Assembly: GCA_951406725.2 (NCBI GenBank)
Contig: OX597837.1
Coordinates: 22,010,001-22,074,000, forward strand
DNA from: Octopus vulgaris
Taxonomy: Eukaryota
Length of the DNA: 64,000 nucleotides
Direction: 5' to 3'
Positions 1-12,489 of the stretch are shown one piece after another; the stretch's first letter is position 1; every line of letters starts with the position of its first letter. Under the pieces are notes generated by a model that worked only from the letters and a program-made list of their open reading frames with translations, had not been told where the DNA came from and ran no database searches. The position numbers and the translations under genes were made by a program.

Positions 1-160
1 GTTTCAAATTTTGTGTTCAACTGGTACTTATTTCATTGACCCTGAAAGAATAAAAGGCAAAGTCAACCTCGGCAGAATTTGAACTCAAAACGTAAAGATG
101 GACGAAATGCCGCTAAGCACCTCGCCCGGCATGCTAACGATTCTGCCAGCTCACCACCTT
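1..160 (-). mobile_element. SINE family A (tRNA-like head), partial
   Basis: Reverse complement of GAGCTGGCAGAA..GAGTTCAAATT (A/B-box-like) plus the GACTTTGCCTTT..GGGTC..AAGTACCAG body. Confidence 0.8.
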
Positions 161-879
161 AGCCAGGACAAATATTGCAGAGCATATCCTGTCTGATGCT
201 CAAACGGTGCTGCTAGACCACTATCCTAGACTGATATTTATCAACCCCACCCCGAAGGCTCAAATTTGGTCTCGGCGGGATTTGAACTCCGAACGTAAAG
301 AATCAGAATTAACAAGTGCAATGTCTTTTGTTCGACGCTCTAACGACTTCGATAATTTGATTTGTAAGTACGTGTATGCACGTTTGTTTAAAACGATAGT
401 GTCAGACGATATCACAACAATGAAACGGAAAAGATTGACAATCTAGGGATGGTACAAACATTCTTTTGGATTGTAATCAGAAATTGAAAGTGGAAATATT
501 CGACAATGTCCAGGCGGATACGATGAATAGGCAACTCACCACTCCACTATTTAATTATTTTATTTTATTTTATTTGTTTCTTTATTTTGCGCAAAAATTT
601 CTTTGGCTTCCTACGGCTTCAACAAACAAGATAACAATTTTGCAACAAAATAAAAATCAAATTTTTTATCCCCACCCCCCGCCAACCCCTTAAATCTGTT
701 TTTCTTTTTCTTTTAACATTTTCCGAAAACATTTTGGGATTCCATTCTTAAAAATGTGGAGATTATAGTTTTTTGCTTTTTTGCTTTTTAAAAGAATTTC
801 ATTGCCAGTTCCTTACGAAAATTTTCCACGTATACCGAAAGAAAGCCTCGGTGTCTCTAAATGTAGTAAATGTATCCAA

Positions 880-946
880 GAATACTACACACACATACCT
901 ACCTACATACACACACACACATACCTACCTACCTACATACACACAC

Positions 947-978
<32 letters not shown>

Positions 979-1163
979 CGTTTACTCTCAGACGCACAAT
1001 GTCAACATACATAAACACCTAAATGTTCTTTTATAAACAATATTCGAAACATGTTCAGTGAAGTTTACACAGTTCACGTTCGCTCACAGACATTCCAATT
1101 AAAACGTACACCCACCACTCACAAACACACACAATTTATATATATATATAGACAATCTTACAG

Positions 1164-1231
<68 letters not shown>

Positions 1232-1443
1232 CTCGATGCAGTCTATTTACTATCCACTCCGTAGAACAAAGAACTACATACATACACTCTTAGTCTTATA
1301 CTTGTTTCAGTCATCTGACAGCGGCCACGCTGGAGCACCATGTATGTGTGTATGTGTGCGTGCGTGTGAGAGACAGGGGTGGGGTGATAGTACATGCCAA
1401 CACTCCCACAACTATAAACACATACACGCATTCCCGCTTACAA

Positions 1444-1474
<31 letters not shown>

Positions 1475-1837
1475 TAGCCATGCATACATATGCGCAAAAT
1501 TACTAAAGCGTGCGCACCTACAACAATGAAACACACGCACACATACACAAACAAACACAGACACACACAAACAAACATACACACAAACATACACAAACAC
1601 ACACCCTCATACACTGTTTCAAGATAATTTCCATTGGCTCTCCTCAATGTATCACCTCCAAACTACTCCGCCCACCGCGATCGGTCTTACTTTCTTCCTC
1701 TTACAAAAAAGGTTTTGTAGTGCACTAGCATTGTGTGCGAGTGTATGTATATACAAATAGCTGTCGTAGTATTACATGCGTACATACACGTGCACATATA
1801 CACACATGCATGTATATATCTCATATGCATGTATATA

Positions 1838-1906
<69 letters not shown>

Positions 1907-1983
1907 TATTTGGAGAATAAGAAAACGACGCGAGGTGTTCAATCATATAATAATTTAATAAATAAAACATATGCATACATACA

Positions 1984-2016
<33 letters not shown>

Positions 2017-2218
2017 GTACATACCTACATCTATATGTATATATACATGCATATATATATACATGCATATATATATATATATATATACAGGGTGTCCCCA
2101 AAAAATGTATACACACCTTAAATAATTGTAAATTTGTTATTCTTTGTAAGCCTAGTACTTATTCTATCGTTCTCTTTTGCCGAACCACTATGTGTATACA
2201 TTTTTTGGGGACACCCTG

Positions 2219-2259
<41 letters not shown>

Positions 2260-2550
2260 GACACCACAAATAAACGTAGAACACAACGAGAAACGAAAAC
2301 ATAAAATCAAACAAGGAAACGGACTTTTTTTAACAACGAAAAAACAGAGTACAAGACAAACAATACAAGGAATATTCCCCTTCATCAACTGCCCCTGGTT
2401 CGACTCAATGCGTGTTTCGATATATATATATATATATACGTACATATATGTATACACACACACACACACACACACACACGTGCATGTATACATATATAAA
2501 TATATGTGTGTGCACTTGAGCATGTGTGTGTGTGTGTGTGTGTGTGTGTA
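880..2550. repeat. Cluster of (TA)n, (CA)n, (CATA)n, (CCTA)n microsatellites
   Basis: Seen directly; source of the YIYI/THTH ORFs. Confidence 0.9.
2088..2218. mobile_element. Tc1/mariner-type MITE, 131 bp
   Basis: Perfect 28-bp TIR CAGGGTGTCCCCAAAAAATGTATACACA, TA on both flanks. Confidence 0.85.
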
Positions 2551-3104
2551 GCGTATTCCGTTTCTTGTAAATGGGCACTTAAAGAGAAACCAAGTTGAGA
2601 GGAATGTGTCTGTTTATATTGAAATAAAACGTATAAACTACAAAGAACAGGCAACGAAGCAACTAGCCGAAGAAACTCTCGTTTATCATGACCGGTCTAC
2701 CATCGTTGTCCATGCCGCCTACATCGGACTGCACAGTGGACGTGTGTATGCGGTCTTTTACAGCTAATTACTGCACAAATTGTCTTTTTAGCGTACAGAG
2801 ACTAATGTGAGCGCGCGTATATATATATGTATGGAAATTAGGGTATCTCTCTGTCTATATTTCGTGTATGTGTGTGTATCAGATGAGTGGATATGTACGA
2901 GGGTTTATGTGAAAGGACAGACTTGCATGTGTCTAATAACGTTAGCATGTATTTATGGTGCCTATATGTGAACATTTTCCCTTCTATTGTATACTGATGA
3001 GGGGTGAGTATAAGTATAAGTAGATGTGCAATGTATGTCTATGTATGCGCACGTGAGTAAACGAAACCTCTTTCTCTCTCTCCCTCACACACACACACGA
3101 TTTT

Positions 3105-3340
3105 TTTTATTGGTTTCAGTCATTAGACTGCAACCTTGAAGGGACATCACCTAGAAGGGTTTAATTGTACAAAACCGACCCTAGTAGTTATTTTTGACTA
3201 TGGTACTTATTGCATCGGTATCTTTTGCCGAACCGCTAGCATGCGAAGAAGTAAACAAACCCAGACTGGTTGCTGGTGGTCATGGCAGTGGTGGTGGGAA
3301 CAAAAACACAGTCACAGACACACACACATATATATATATA
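3105..3340 (-). mobile_element. SINE family B, 3' part, diverged
   Basis: gtttcagtcattagactgc...ttttgccgaaccgct matches the other B copies. Confidence 0.7.
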
Positions 3341-3359
3341 CACACACACACATACAGGT

Positions 3360-3640
3360 GTGAGCGCGTGTATAGTGGTTGGGCATGTTGCATTCATGAT
3401 CGTGAGATTGTAATTTTAATTCCCAGACTGGCTGTGCCTTGTGCTTTTGAGCAAAACACTTCGTTTCATGTTGCTCCAGTCCACTCGGCTGTAAATAGAT
3501 AACCCAGCAACAGAATAACCTTCCAATCAGAGAAATGTCGGCCTGCTCACCTAGCCAGTGAGGTGGCATCATTCAAAAGCTAAAACAATGCAAAGCAGTT
3601 TGTGTCCAGCGATGTGATAGTCTGGTTGATCATGTGATAT
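3360..3640 (+). mobile_element. tRNA-headed SINE (family F, related to D)
   Basis: tagtggtt..ttcccagact head, then ttgagcaaaacactt..ttgctccagtccactcggctg central domain; similar head at 22728-22845. Confidence 0.6.
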
Positions 3641-4097
3641 ATATGTGTGTCTGTGTAAATATATATTTATATATATACACGTGCATACATGTACTGTACA
3701 CATGTATGTATGTGTGTGTGCAATTAGATGGATCTTTATGTTTTGACTTACATATGTGTACACACAGACAAAAGAGATAAATATCAACATTTCTACATGT
3801 GTGTATATTCACTTATTACATGCTGAACTTTTAGAATGTTTTACATATTTTCACAATGCCTTCAATAATTTTCTGTAATTTTTTTTTTTTTTTTTTGTTA
3901 AATCAGCTTAGTTTTCTTTTTCATGCAGTTTCTTTCCTACTCTCAGATCATAATGTCTGGTATGTTTGGCTTGCATTTTAATGGAGGATCTTGACAGGAA
4001 CACTCCACTAGTTTTCTGTCATATTATATGTTATTATCCTCTCCACATCACTGTAATTTCTTATATTTTTATCTTCAACATCATCCTTTCAACCAAT

Positions 4098-4560
4098 TAC
4101 ACTGTGTAACAGGATTCTTGTCCTTGGATAGCAGCTGTTGTTTCATATTCGCTTACCCCTAGAAACTATGAAAAATGGCTAATATTTCCTTCAAACTTTG
4201 CTTTTCTTACATTTATTAAAACCTCAAAGAATCCCTCTCAACACATGACTATGATGCTCCCCACTACTCCTGCTCATGATCAGAGATGCAAATATTGTTA
4301 ACCACTAAGGGATATGCTCAAATGGTTAAAGACAAAATCTCTGGTATTGAGTAGAATATTTACTATAACAATATTTCTGCTTCAGCAAGTCAGTGCTGAA
4401 TCTGTCTGAAATGTAATGGAAAATAGGTCAGTTTCAAAACATTGATGTCCAAGTCACCAATGCAAAGTTTGAAGGGAATAGTTGCAATTTCCTTTGATTT
4501 CTAGATAGAAGTAAATAGGAAATAACGCTTACCGACCAAAGACAAAAAAATTTTTTTTAA
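4098..4560. mobile_element. Non-autonomous DNA element with long imperfect inverted ends
   Basis: ttccttcaaactttgc / gcaaagtttgaagggaa inverted arms; second copy inverted at 31133-31517. Confidence 0.6.
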
Positions 4561-4837
4561 TTTTGTTGCATAAAAATTTTGTTTGAAGAACAGGAAGGTT
4601 AGAATTAGAGCTAAATATAAGGAACTAACTTAAAGTAACTTGAAGTTCCAACACTGGAAAGCAATCAGAAATAATACAAAAGAAAGTCTATTTAATATTA
4701 TGTAACAAGGGAGTGTGTTGAGAATAATAAAAAGAGTAGGATTACTATAAGCTGCTATATGTAGTTCATAGACTAGATGGTGATGGCTTGGTTGAAAAGA
4801 GAGTCAGACATAAAAGAAAGTGATTGCTATATCAATA

Positions 4838-5308
4838 CTGTAAATCCCCGAGTATAGTCCACCCTTGAGTATAATATGCAGGGGATTTTTAGGGGGCTGT
4901 ACCTCTGAAAAACCTAAACCTTGTGTATAATACGCACCCCTTCTCTAACTTGAGTCAAGGAGGTCTATATAACGTCCTTGGTTTGTAAAACTGATGCAAA
5001 CGTGTAGCTTTTTTGTGCATTTTGTTTGCAGAAAATAAAGAGATAACAGTAATAACGTTTAATAAATGTTGCTTACTGCAAGTTATGGATGATTCTTTTA
5101 TGACTTTATTGCTTTCAGGCTTAGCTTAAGGTATTTTCGCGCCCGACATAACAAAATGTGTCTGAATAAACATTGCTGGACAGCAAATAAAGACTCGGAC
5201 ATTTCTTAGAAAATATTTTTCATTTTTAACCTCATAAATAGTACGCACTAGGGATTTTGACCTTTAAATTTTTGGGGAAAAATGCAGATTATACTCGAGG
5301 ATTTACAG
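4838..5308. mobile_element. Tc2/pogo-like (Tc1/mariner superfamily) non-autonomous transposon
   Basis: TIR CTGTAAATCC(C/T)CGAGTATA, TA on both flanks; second copy at 19519-20020. Confidence 0.85.
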
Positions 5309-5782
5309 TACTTATCAAGAGACAAATAGCAATATAGATATAATAATATTTTTTATAGTGAATGTCTTATATTTGTTGTTTATTATACAATGTTGCTATA
5401 TTATACAATGTTTGGCCATAAAATATATAGGTAGAGCTCACTGATGACATTTTCAGACGGCTGTTTATGATGTGGGTGACTTCTTTAATGCTAATTCCAC
5501 AAAGTCTGCATTGGTTGTTGCATCCATGTGCTTCACCTGCATCTCTGTCTATTTTGTGCAGCAAATATTTTGTTATTTCTTCTTCTTGTAATGCAAAAGC
5601 ATGCCTTTCAATGTGAGAGCTATTATCCCAGTTGCTGGTGCAAGACAGACTATTTTGACTTTCTATCTATGCACCACATACGTGCATACCCTTCTAGCGC
5701 TAACCCTTCTACAAATATGTATATAACTTTTCATCTTATGACCTGGTGAAATAGAGTTGTACAGCATCACTGGGGTTATATA

Positions 5783-6012
5783 TATTTCTTTACTACCCAC
5801 AAGGGGCTAAACATAGAGGGGACAAACAAGGACAGACAAATGGATTAAGTCGATTACATGGACCCCAGTGTGTAACTGGTACTTACTTTATCGACCCCGA
5901 AAGGATGAAAGGCAAAGTCGACCTCGGCGGAATTTGAACCCAGAACGTAACGGCAGACGAAATACGGCTACGCATTTTGCCCGGCGTGCTAACGTTTCTG
6001 CCAGCTTGCCAC
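5783..6012 (-). mobile_element. SINE family A1
   Basis: Full-length; TSD cact(g/a)gggttatatat on both sides. Confidence 0.88.
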
Positions 6013-6158
6013 CACTAGGGTTATATATGCCTGGTCATCATCAGTCAGGGGATACTTTCTGAGAAGCTCCTTTCCAACTCTCATGATGTTATCTATCTTA
6101 TATATCCTGTATCTTTTACTCGTTTCAGTCATTAGACAGCAGCCATGCCCAGTGCAGC

Positions 6159-6385
6159 AGGGTAGGCCCATCAAACCATCCAGCAATGGCCTGAATAAGA
6201 GCAATCCAATCTAGTCCAATATGTATTATATATATGTAATGTATATGCATTACATATGTATATGCATTAAATTATATATTATGTACATTATTGTGTTTTG
6301 CTATACATGTGATCCCTTGGTCTGTGGAATAAATTTGTCCTGCATGAAACTGGGCTCTGGTGCAAAAAAGGTTTGGGGACTGCTG
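6159..6385. mobile_element. hAT/Charlie-like MITE remnant
   Basis: Right end ggtgcaaaaaaggtttggggactgctg resembles Charlie-type termini; another hAT-like end caatggttctcaacc at ~6642. Confidence 0.5.
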
Positions 6386-6843
6386 CCTTAGAGGATAATA
6401 TTTTCAACTATGCCTAAGTACTTGTAGTATTCCTCATCAAATATAGGAGAAATAGTCACCCCATTGATTGAAGGGTCACTAGATTGGTTTATAATTATCC
6501 TTAGTTTTATAATCATGGAGGAACATTTATCCTGGTCTAACTCCATCCTTATATCCTTGGATAAAGTTGTAACCAGGTCAAGGCTCTTCTTTGCTTCATT
6601 CATATTCTTGGCATCTATTTTCAAAGAAGTATCTTTTAGATCAATGGTTCTCAACCATTTTATTTTTATCTATGGACCCATTGATGACTATTTTATTCTG
6701 GTGGACTCCCAGAGACATTCAGTGTTTCAAAACTAGTTTTATATATACTTCTTTCAAAATTCCTATTTTGTTGTGCATCACAAATTCACTTGTGTAGTTT
6801 AAACTATGTAAAATATTAGAGAAACAAACAGCTGTTTCCTGCA

Positions 6844-6991
6844 TATCAGGACAATTCCCCACCCTGACAACTAGTCCCTAGGACGATTACCTCCCTTAAT
6901 TAATTACTCCCCTCTCTAATATATTAAGTTTTAAATCAATATCTGTTGTCCTCAGGGGTAATTGTCCTTGGGGGTGTAAATGTCCCAGATT
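6844..6991. mobile_element. Small TIR element with 11-bp TSD (Mutator-like?)
   Basis: Imperfect TIR (atcaggacaattcccc / ggggtgtaaatgtcccagat); TGTTTCCTGCA duplicated at 6833-6843 and 6992-7002. Confidence 0.65.
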
Positions 6992-7012
6992 TGTTTCCTG
7001 CAATAAATACAT

Positions 7013-7240
7013 CTCTTTTACTCTTTTACTTGTTTCAGTCATGTGACTGTGGCCATGCTGGAGCACCACCTTTAGTTGAGCAAATCGACCCCAGGACTTA
7101 TTCTTTGTAAACCTAGTACTTATTCTGTCAGTCTCTTTTGCCGAACCGCTAATGTTACGGGGGACGTAAACACACCAGCATCGGTTGTCAAGCAATGTTG
7201 GGGGGGGGGGGGACACACAAACATATACACAAACATATAC

Positions 7241-7282
<42 letters not shown>

Positions 7283-7446
7283 GATGGGCTTCTTTCAGCT
7301 TCCATCTACCAAATCCACTCACAGGGCTTTGGTCGGCCCGGGGCTATAGTAGAAGACACTTGCCCAAGGTGCCATGCAGTGGGACTGAACCTGGAACCAT
7401 GTGGTTCCTAAGCAAGCTACTTACCACACAACCACTCCTAAGCCTA
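7013..7446 (-). mobile_element. SINE family B (tRNA head, CORE-like gtggcaccttgggcaagt, internal (TA)n(TG)n, (GTAAAAGA)n tail)
   Basis: Full-length copy, about 20 related copies in the window; an inverted partial copy follows at ~7530-7815. Confidence 0.88.
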
Positions 7447-7545
7447 AAATAATTTAATGAACTCTTAAAATTCTACCATGGATTCCAAATTTACTATTTT
7501 GCTTGCATGGGTCACTGTTCTAGAAAGAAGCCTGTTGTATATATG

Positions 7546-7581
<36 letters not shown>

Positions 7582-8147
7582 TATATGTATGTATGTGTGT
7601 GTGTATATGTTTGTGTGTGTGTTTGTGTGTGTGTTTGTCTTCCCAACATCGCTTGACAACCGATGCTTGTGTGTTTATGTCCCCGTAACTTAGCAAAAGA
7701 GACCGATAGAATAAGTACTAGGCTTACAAAGAATTAATCCTGGGGTCGATTTGCTCGACGAAAGGCAGTGCTCCAGCATGGCCACAGTCACATGACTGAA
7801 ACAAGTAAAAGGGTAAAGGGAGCATTAAAGAAGGACTGTCAGTTTGATATGTATCCCTACAATACATCATCGTACCAATGACAATGGAACCCCTTCCTGT
7901 ACTTGGAACCTGAAGACGATGGTCCAAAGATGAAGTCAAGTTATCTTATGGTTTCTACAACTTTAGCAAGTGTATGAGACTCCATGTCCCGTAAGTAAGA
8001 AACAGAATCAAATGCTTTCCAGCCACACTGTGACTGGTCCTGTTATGCTTCCACACTTCTGATATCAGTGTTGTTAATTCAACTTTGTTCATTACATCCC
8101 CAAACACCTTTCTTCCCAGCTGCTAGCTCAGCTGTGGTGATATTTCT

Positions 8148-8371
8148 AGCTGGCAGAAACGTTAGCACACCGGGCAAAATGCTTAGTGGTATTGCATCTG
8201 TCGTTGCGTTCTGAGTTCAAATTCCGCTGAGGTCGACTTTGCCTTTCATCCTTTCGGGGTCGATAAATTAAGTACCAGTTACGCACTGGAGTCAATGTAA
8301 TCGACTTAATCCGTTTGTCTGTCCTTGTTTGTCCCCTCTATGTTTAGCCCCTTGTGGGCAATAAAGAAACA
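8148..8371 (+). mobile_element. SINE family A1
   Basis: Near full-length; TSD gatatttcta. Confidence 0.88.
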
Positions 8372-8439
8372 GATATTTCTATAACAAAGATCCTGGAGAA
8401 ACAGGTTCAAACACTTCTTTCTCTATTACCGTTTACCCT

Positions 8440-8607
8440 CATTTTCAGTCAGATGAATTGACTGACCCCTGCACTTATTTTCTTTCTAAGCCTGGTACTT
8501 ATTCTATTGGTCTCCTTTGCCTAACTGCTCAGTTACAGGGATGTAAACACACCAACACTGGTTATCAAACAGTGGTAGGGGACAAACACAAATACATACA
8601 CACACAA

Positions 8608-8646
<39 letters not shown>

Positions 8647-9275
8647 ACAGATTTCTTTCAGCTTCTGTCTACCAAATCCACTCACAAGGCTTTGATCAGC
8701 CTGAGGCTATAGTAAAAGACACTTGCCTAAAATGCCAAACGTTGGGATTGAACCCAGAACCATGTGGTTGGGGAGCAGATTTTTTTTTACCACACATACA
8801 TTTTATATATCAGATTCTGATAAGCAACTGGTCACTCCTTTTTCGCCATGTGAGTGGCTTTGTTTTTGAATATCGACCTTGTTTGTGCTAACACCAGTCA
8901 GCCTAGTGTGTACGACTGTGGGATAAGAAGTTTGCTACCCAACCACATGGTTCTGAGTTCAGTCCCACTAGATATCACCTTGTGTTGGGCAAGTGTCTTC
9001 TACTATATAACCCTGGGTTGAGCAAAGCCTTCTCTGTGGATTTGGTAGGCAGAAACAGAAAGAAGCCTGTCGTTATATGCATAGGTATTGTGTGTGTGTG
9101 TGTGTTCCTTACAGCTACTTGACAACCAGTTTTGCTTTGTGTTCGTTCTTGTAACTTCGCAGTTTGGCAAAAAGAGATCGACAGAATAAGTACCAGGCTT
9201 AAAAAATAAGCCTTGTGGTCAATTTGTTTGAGTAAACCTTTCAAGGTGGGGTCCCAACGTGGCTGCAGTCAGAGC
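8440..9275. mobile_element. Two diverged family B SINEs (8440-8800 minus, 8915-9275 plus)
   Basis: Similarity to the other B copies. Confidence 0.7.
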
Positions 9276-10364
9276 TGGCAGGTAAAGGTCGGTAAGATAT
9301 CTTTGGGAGAAGGTCACTACTTTTGTACCAGTGTTCGACAATCAAGACTCTCTCTTCCTGTTTGTTTTTTTTTTTCATATCCTGAAGTTTGTAAACCAGT
9401 TTTAGAGGGTGCCATGATTGATGCGGTATGCTTTTCGAGGAGTGCAGGGACACTGTTTATTTCCCTTTTTTTTTTTTTTTAACCCTTATTGCATTCTAAT
9501 TAAACTTCTTTCCCTCACCAGATTTTTCTCCAGAACGATTCCGTATCCTACTGAGAAGGAACCACTGTGACACTCACTTATCGACTGCCCACCTCGTATC
9601 TCTGTAAAAGGCCGATTGATTTTTGATTAGATTCCTTGTTAATTTTTTCCCCAGCTACTCTCTTCTGCTGTCGGTGCATTTCACTAACAGCTTTTAACTC
9701 TTGTCTCAGGGTTGTTAATTTAGACTCAAGTGTTCTCTTTTTTTTTTTACACTCTCCAAACAGTGTTTCCGTTTTATTTATTTATTTCATTTTGTCCATT
9801 CTTTGTTCATGGGGAGTGTTTTATGCTTTGCATGTTGTAAACAACCTAATACAATTGATTGGTTTCCGTAGGAAAACGATATATATCTATTCCTCACTTC
9901 CTAAACCCACGGTGGCACTTTTAGTTATGTCTCAGTACGTATATGCATATATACATTGTAATACATAAATGTACGTACGTGCATGTATGCATCATACACA
10001 CCGTGTATCAGTTTGTGAGTGTGTGTGCATATACATATATATATATATATATAAGTAGGTGAATGAATTATCCTAATTCTTTCATTTATATATACATATA
10101 TATATATTGGTGATATATGCTAAAGTGTAAAAACAAAAACTAGATATATACCGTGTCCTCAGTAAATACTTATCTGTGTGTGTATGTGTGTGTGTAATGT
10201 TATTTCTTTTTACACATCGTAGTTTTTAACAATTATGAATTAAGATACAGACATACAAAGGGCGTACAAATGTATAAGTCACATATTTACACAAGTTCAG
10301 TAATCTCAAAAGGCAGTGCAAACATTTACACCTACCTACTACATACACAGAAACACGCGCAGAT

Positions 10365-11043
10365 ATTGTGTGTGTGTGTATACATATGTATATATATGTA
10401 CATATATGTCTGTATATATATGTACATATATATGTGTATATATATGTACATATATATGTGTGTATATATGTACATATATATGTGTATATATATGTACATA
10501 TATATGTGTATATATATGTACATATATATGTGTGTATATATGTACATATATGTGTATACATGTACATATATGTGTATACATATGTACATATATGTGTATA
10601 CATATGTACATATATGTGTATACATATGTACATATATATGTGTGTATATATATGTGTGTAAATATATGTACATATGTGTATATATATATGTACATATATG
10701 TGTGTATATATATATGTACATATATGTGTGTATATATATATATGTACATATATGTGTGTATATATATATATGTACATATATGTGTGTATATATATATATG
10801 TACATATATGTTTGTATATATATATGTACATATATGTGTGTATATATATATGTACATATATGTGTGTATATATATATGTACATATATGTTTGTATATATA
10901 TATGTACATATATGTGTGTATATATATATGTACATATATATGTGTATATATATATATGTATATATATGTGTATATATATATGTGTATATATATATATGTA
11001 CATATATACACATGTATATATATATACATTTATATATATATAT

Positions 11044-11100
<57 letters not shown>
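10365..11100. repeat. Compound (TA)/(TG) minisatellite, ~20-30 bp unit tatatgtacatatatgtgtg
   Basis: Seen directly; explains the 238-304 aa YI-rich ORFs. Confidence 0.95.
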
Positions 11101-11103
<3 letters not shown>

Positions 11104-11659
11104 TCTATATTATGTGTATGTAAATATACACAGCCAAACTCATACATATATATAATACAAACATACATATATATGCATACATAAATAAATGCCCAGACTG
11201 CCTGTGTCTATATATATATACACACACACACATGCAGTCGTCTTGGGCCGGTAAAAAATTGTCAATAGACAGGTTTTTCTTGGAGAGAAAAGCGTGTGTA
11301 GAGAGAAAGGTTAAAATCAAGAAAACAAGAATTTATATACAATATTATAACCATAACTCACGTGAAAAACATTGAGACAGCGTGTAAAAGTTGCCAAACG
11401 TCTTCGAGGAAAATAAAAGGTGCTTTTTGCTTTTTTGTATGTGTGGGTCCAAAATGTCTTGAAGAAAAATCCGTAAAAATAGTGTTTAGTAAAAGAGAAT
11501 TGCAATGAAATCGAAGTGAAAATGTGAAGGCTGATATTTCAGCTGTAACCAAACTGTGTGTGTGTGAGAGAGAGAGAGAGAGCGAAAGAGAAAGAAAGAG
11601 AGAGTGAGGGAGTGAGGAATGAAAGCGTCAAAGCGGAGAAGGGACTACATACAGAACTT

Positions 11660-12360
11660 GTAATGGTAATGGTGGTGGTGGTGTCGGTAACGGTGATGGG
11701 AGTGGTGGTGGTGGTGACAGGCGAAGGTAGGTGGGGGTGGGTGTGCAATGCAGTGGTGATGATGATAGTAACGGTGATGATGGTGGTGTTGAAGGTGGTG
11801 GTGGTAGTGGTGTTTGTGTTGGTTTTGGTGATGCTGGTGGTGGTGATGGTGTTGATGGTGGAAGGCAGTGGTGGTGATGGTTGTGGTAGTGGTGTTGGTT
11901 TTGGTGATGTTGTGGTGTCGATGGTGGTGGTAATGGTGGTGTCGATGGTGATGGTGGAAGGCAGTGGTGGTGATGGTTGTGGTAGTGGTAGTGGTGTTGG
12001 TTTTGGTGATGTTGGTGGTGTCGATGGTGGTGGTGATGGTGGTGGTGATGGAAGGCAGTGGTGGTGATGATAGCGGTGGCGGTGGTGATGAGGGTGGTGG
12101 TGGTGGTGGTGTTGATTGAGTTTAATGATAATGGTGGCGGTGGTGCCGATGACACTGATGGTAATGGTATTAAAGGAACGGTGGTGATGTTGCTGTTGGC
12201 GATGACGGTGCCGGTATTGTTGATGATGATGATGGAGGCGGCGGTGTTAATAAAAATACAGCTAATAATTCTGATGGTGGTGGTGGTGGTATTGGTGATG
12301 ATAACTGTAGTGGTAGATGGAAAAGTAAAGTGGTGGCGATTCTAGTGATGATGATGTTTA
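11660..12360. repeat. Degenerate (GGT/GAT)n tract with ~90-bp internal duplications
   Basis: ggaaggcagtggtggtgatg repeated three times within triplet sequence. Confidence 0.85.
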
Positions 12361-12489
12361 AAGAGAATGCTTGTCGTGTCAATGATAATGGCGACGGTGT
12401 TGGCTGGGTGAAGAGGGCGATGTTGTCATTGTTAATAGTGATGACGTTTAGCAGAGAGGTGTCAATGGTGGTGGTGGCGGTGGCGGTGG

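Larger units (their letters stand above)
5390..9860 (-). pseudogene. Fragmented R4/Dong-like non-LTR retrotransposon
   Basis: Collinear minus-strand remnants: 9860-9290 (LRQELKAVSE..TESFWRKIW..WYK..YRP), 8125-7820 (AAGKKGVWGC..KAFDSV), 6630-6390 (SKDIRMELDQDKC..YKYLGI), 5780-5390 (CRLC..EVTHII zinc knuckle). Split by SINEs and MITEs. Confidence 0.75.

Noticed and set aside
2370-3010. Hammerhead-ribozyme-like words (tgatga/gaaac on minus at 2370-2420; ctgatga at ~2994)
   Set aside because: I could not build the three required helices around the core.
7076-7452. Recurrent short ORFs ending SARGYSRRHLPKVP or RPRKDERQSRPRRNLN across the window
   Set aside because: Chance frames within high-copy SINE families B and A, not a gene family.
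9560-9800. Coiled-coil-like frame (LESKLTTLRQELKAVSE) as a host exon
   Set aside because: Contains stops and continues into FWRKIW/WYK/YRP motifs of an R4-like retrotransposon ORF.
10226-11184. 238-304 aa ORFs in several frames
   Set aside because: Translations of (TA)/(TG) minisatellite that happens to lack stops; no coding complexity.
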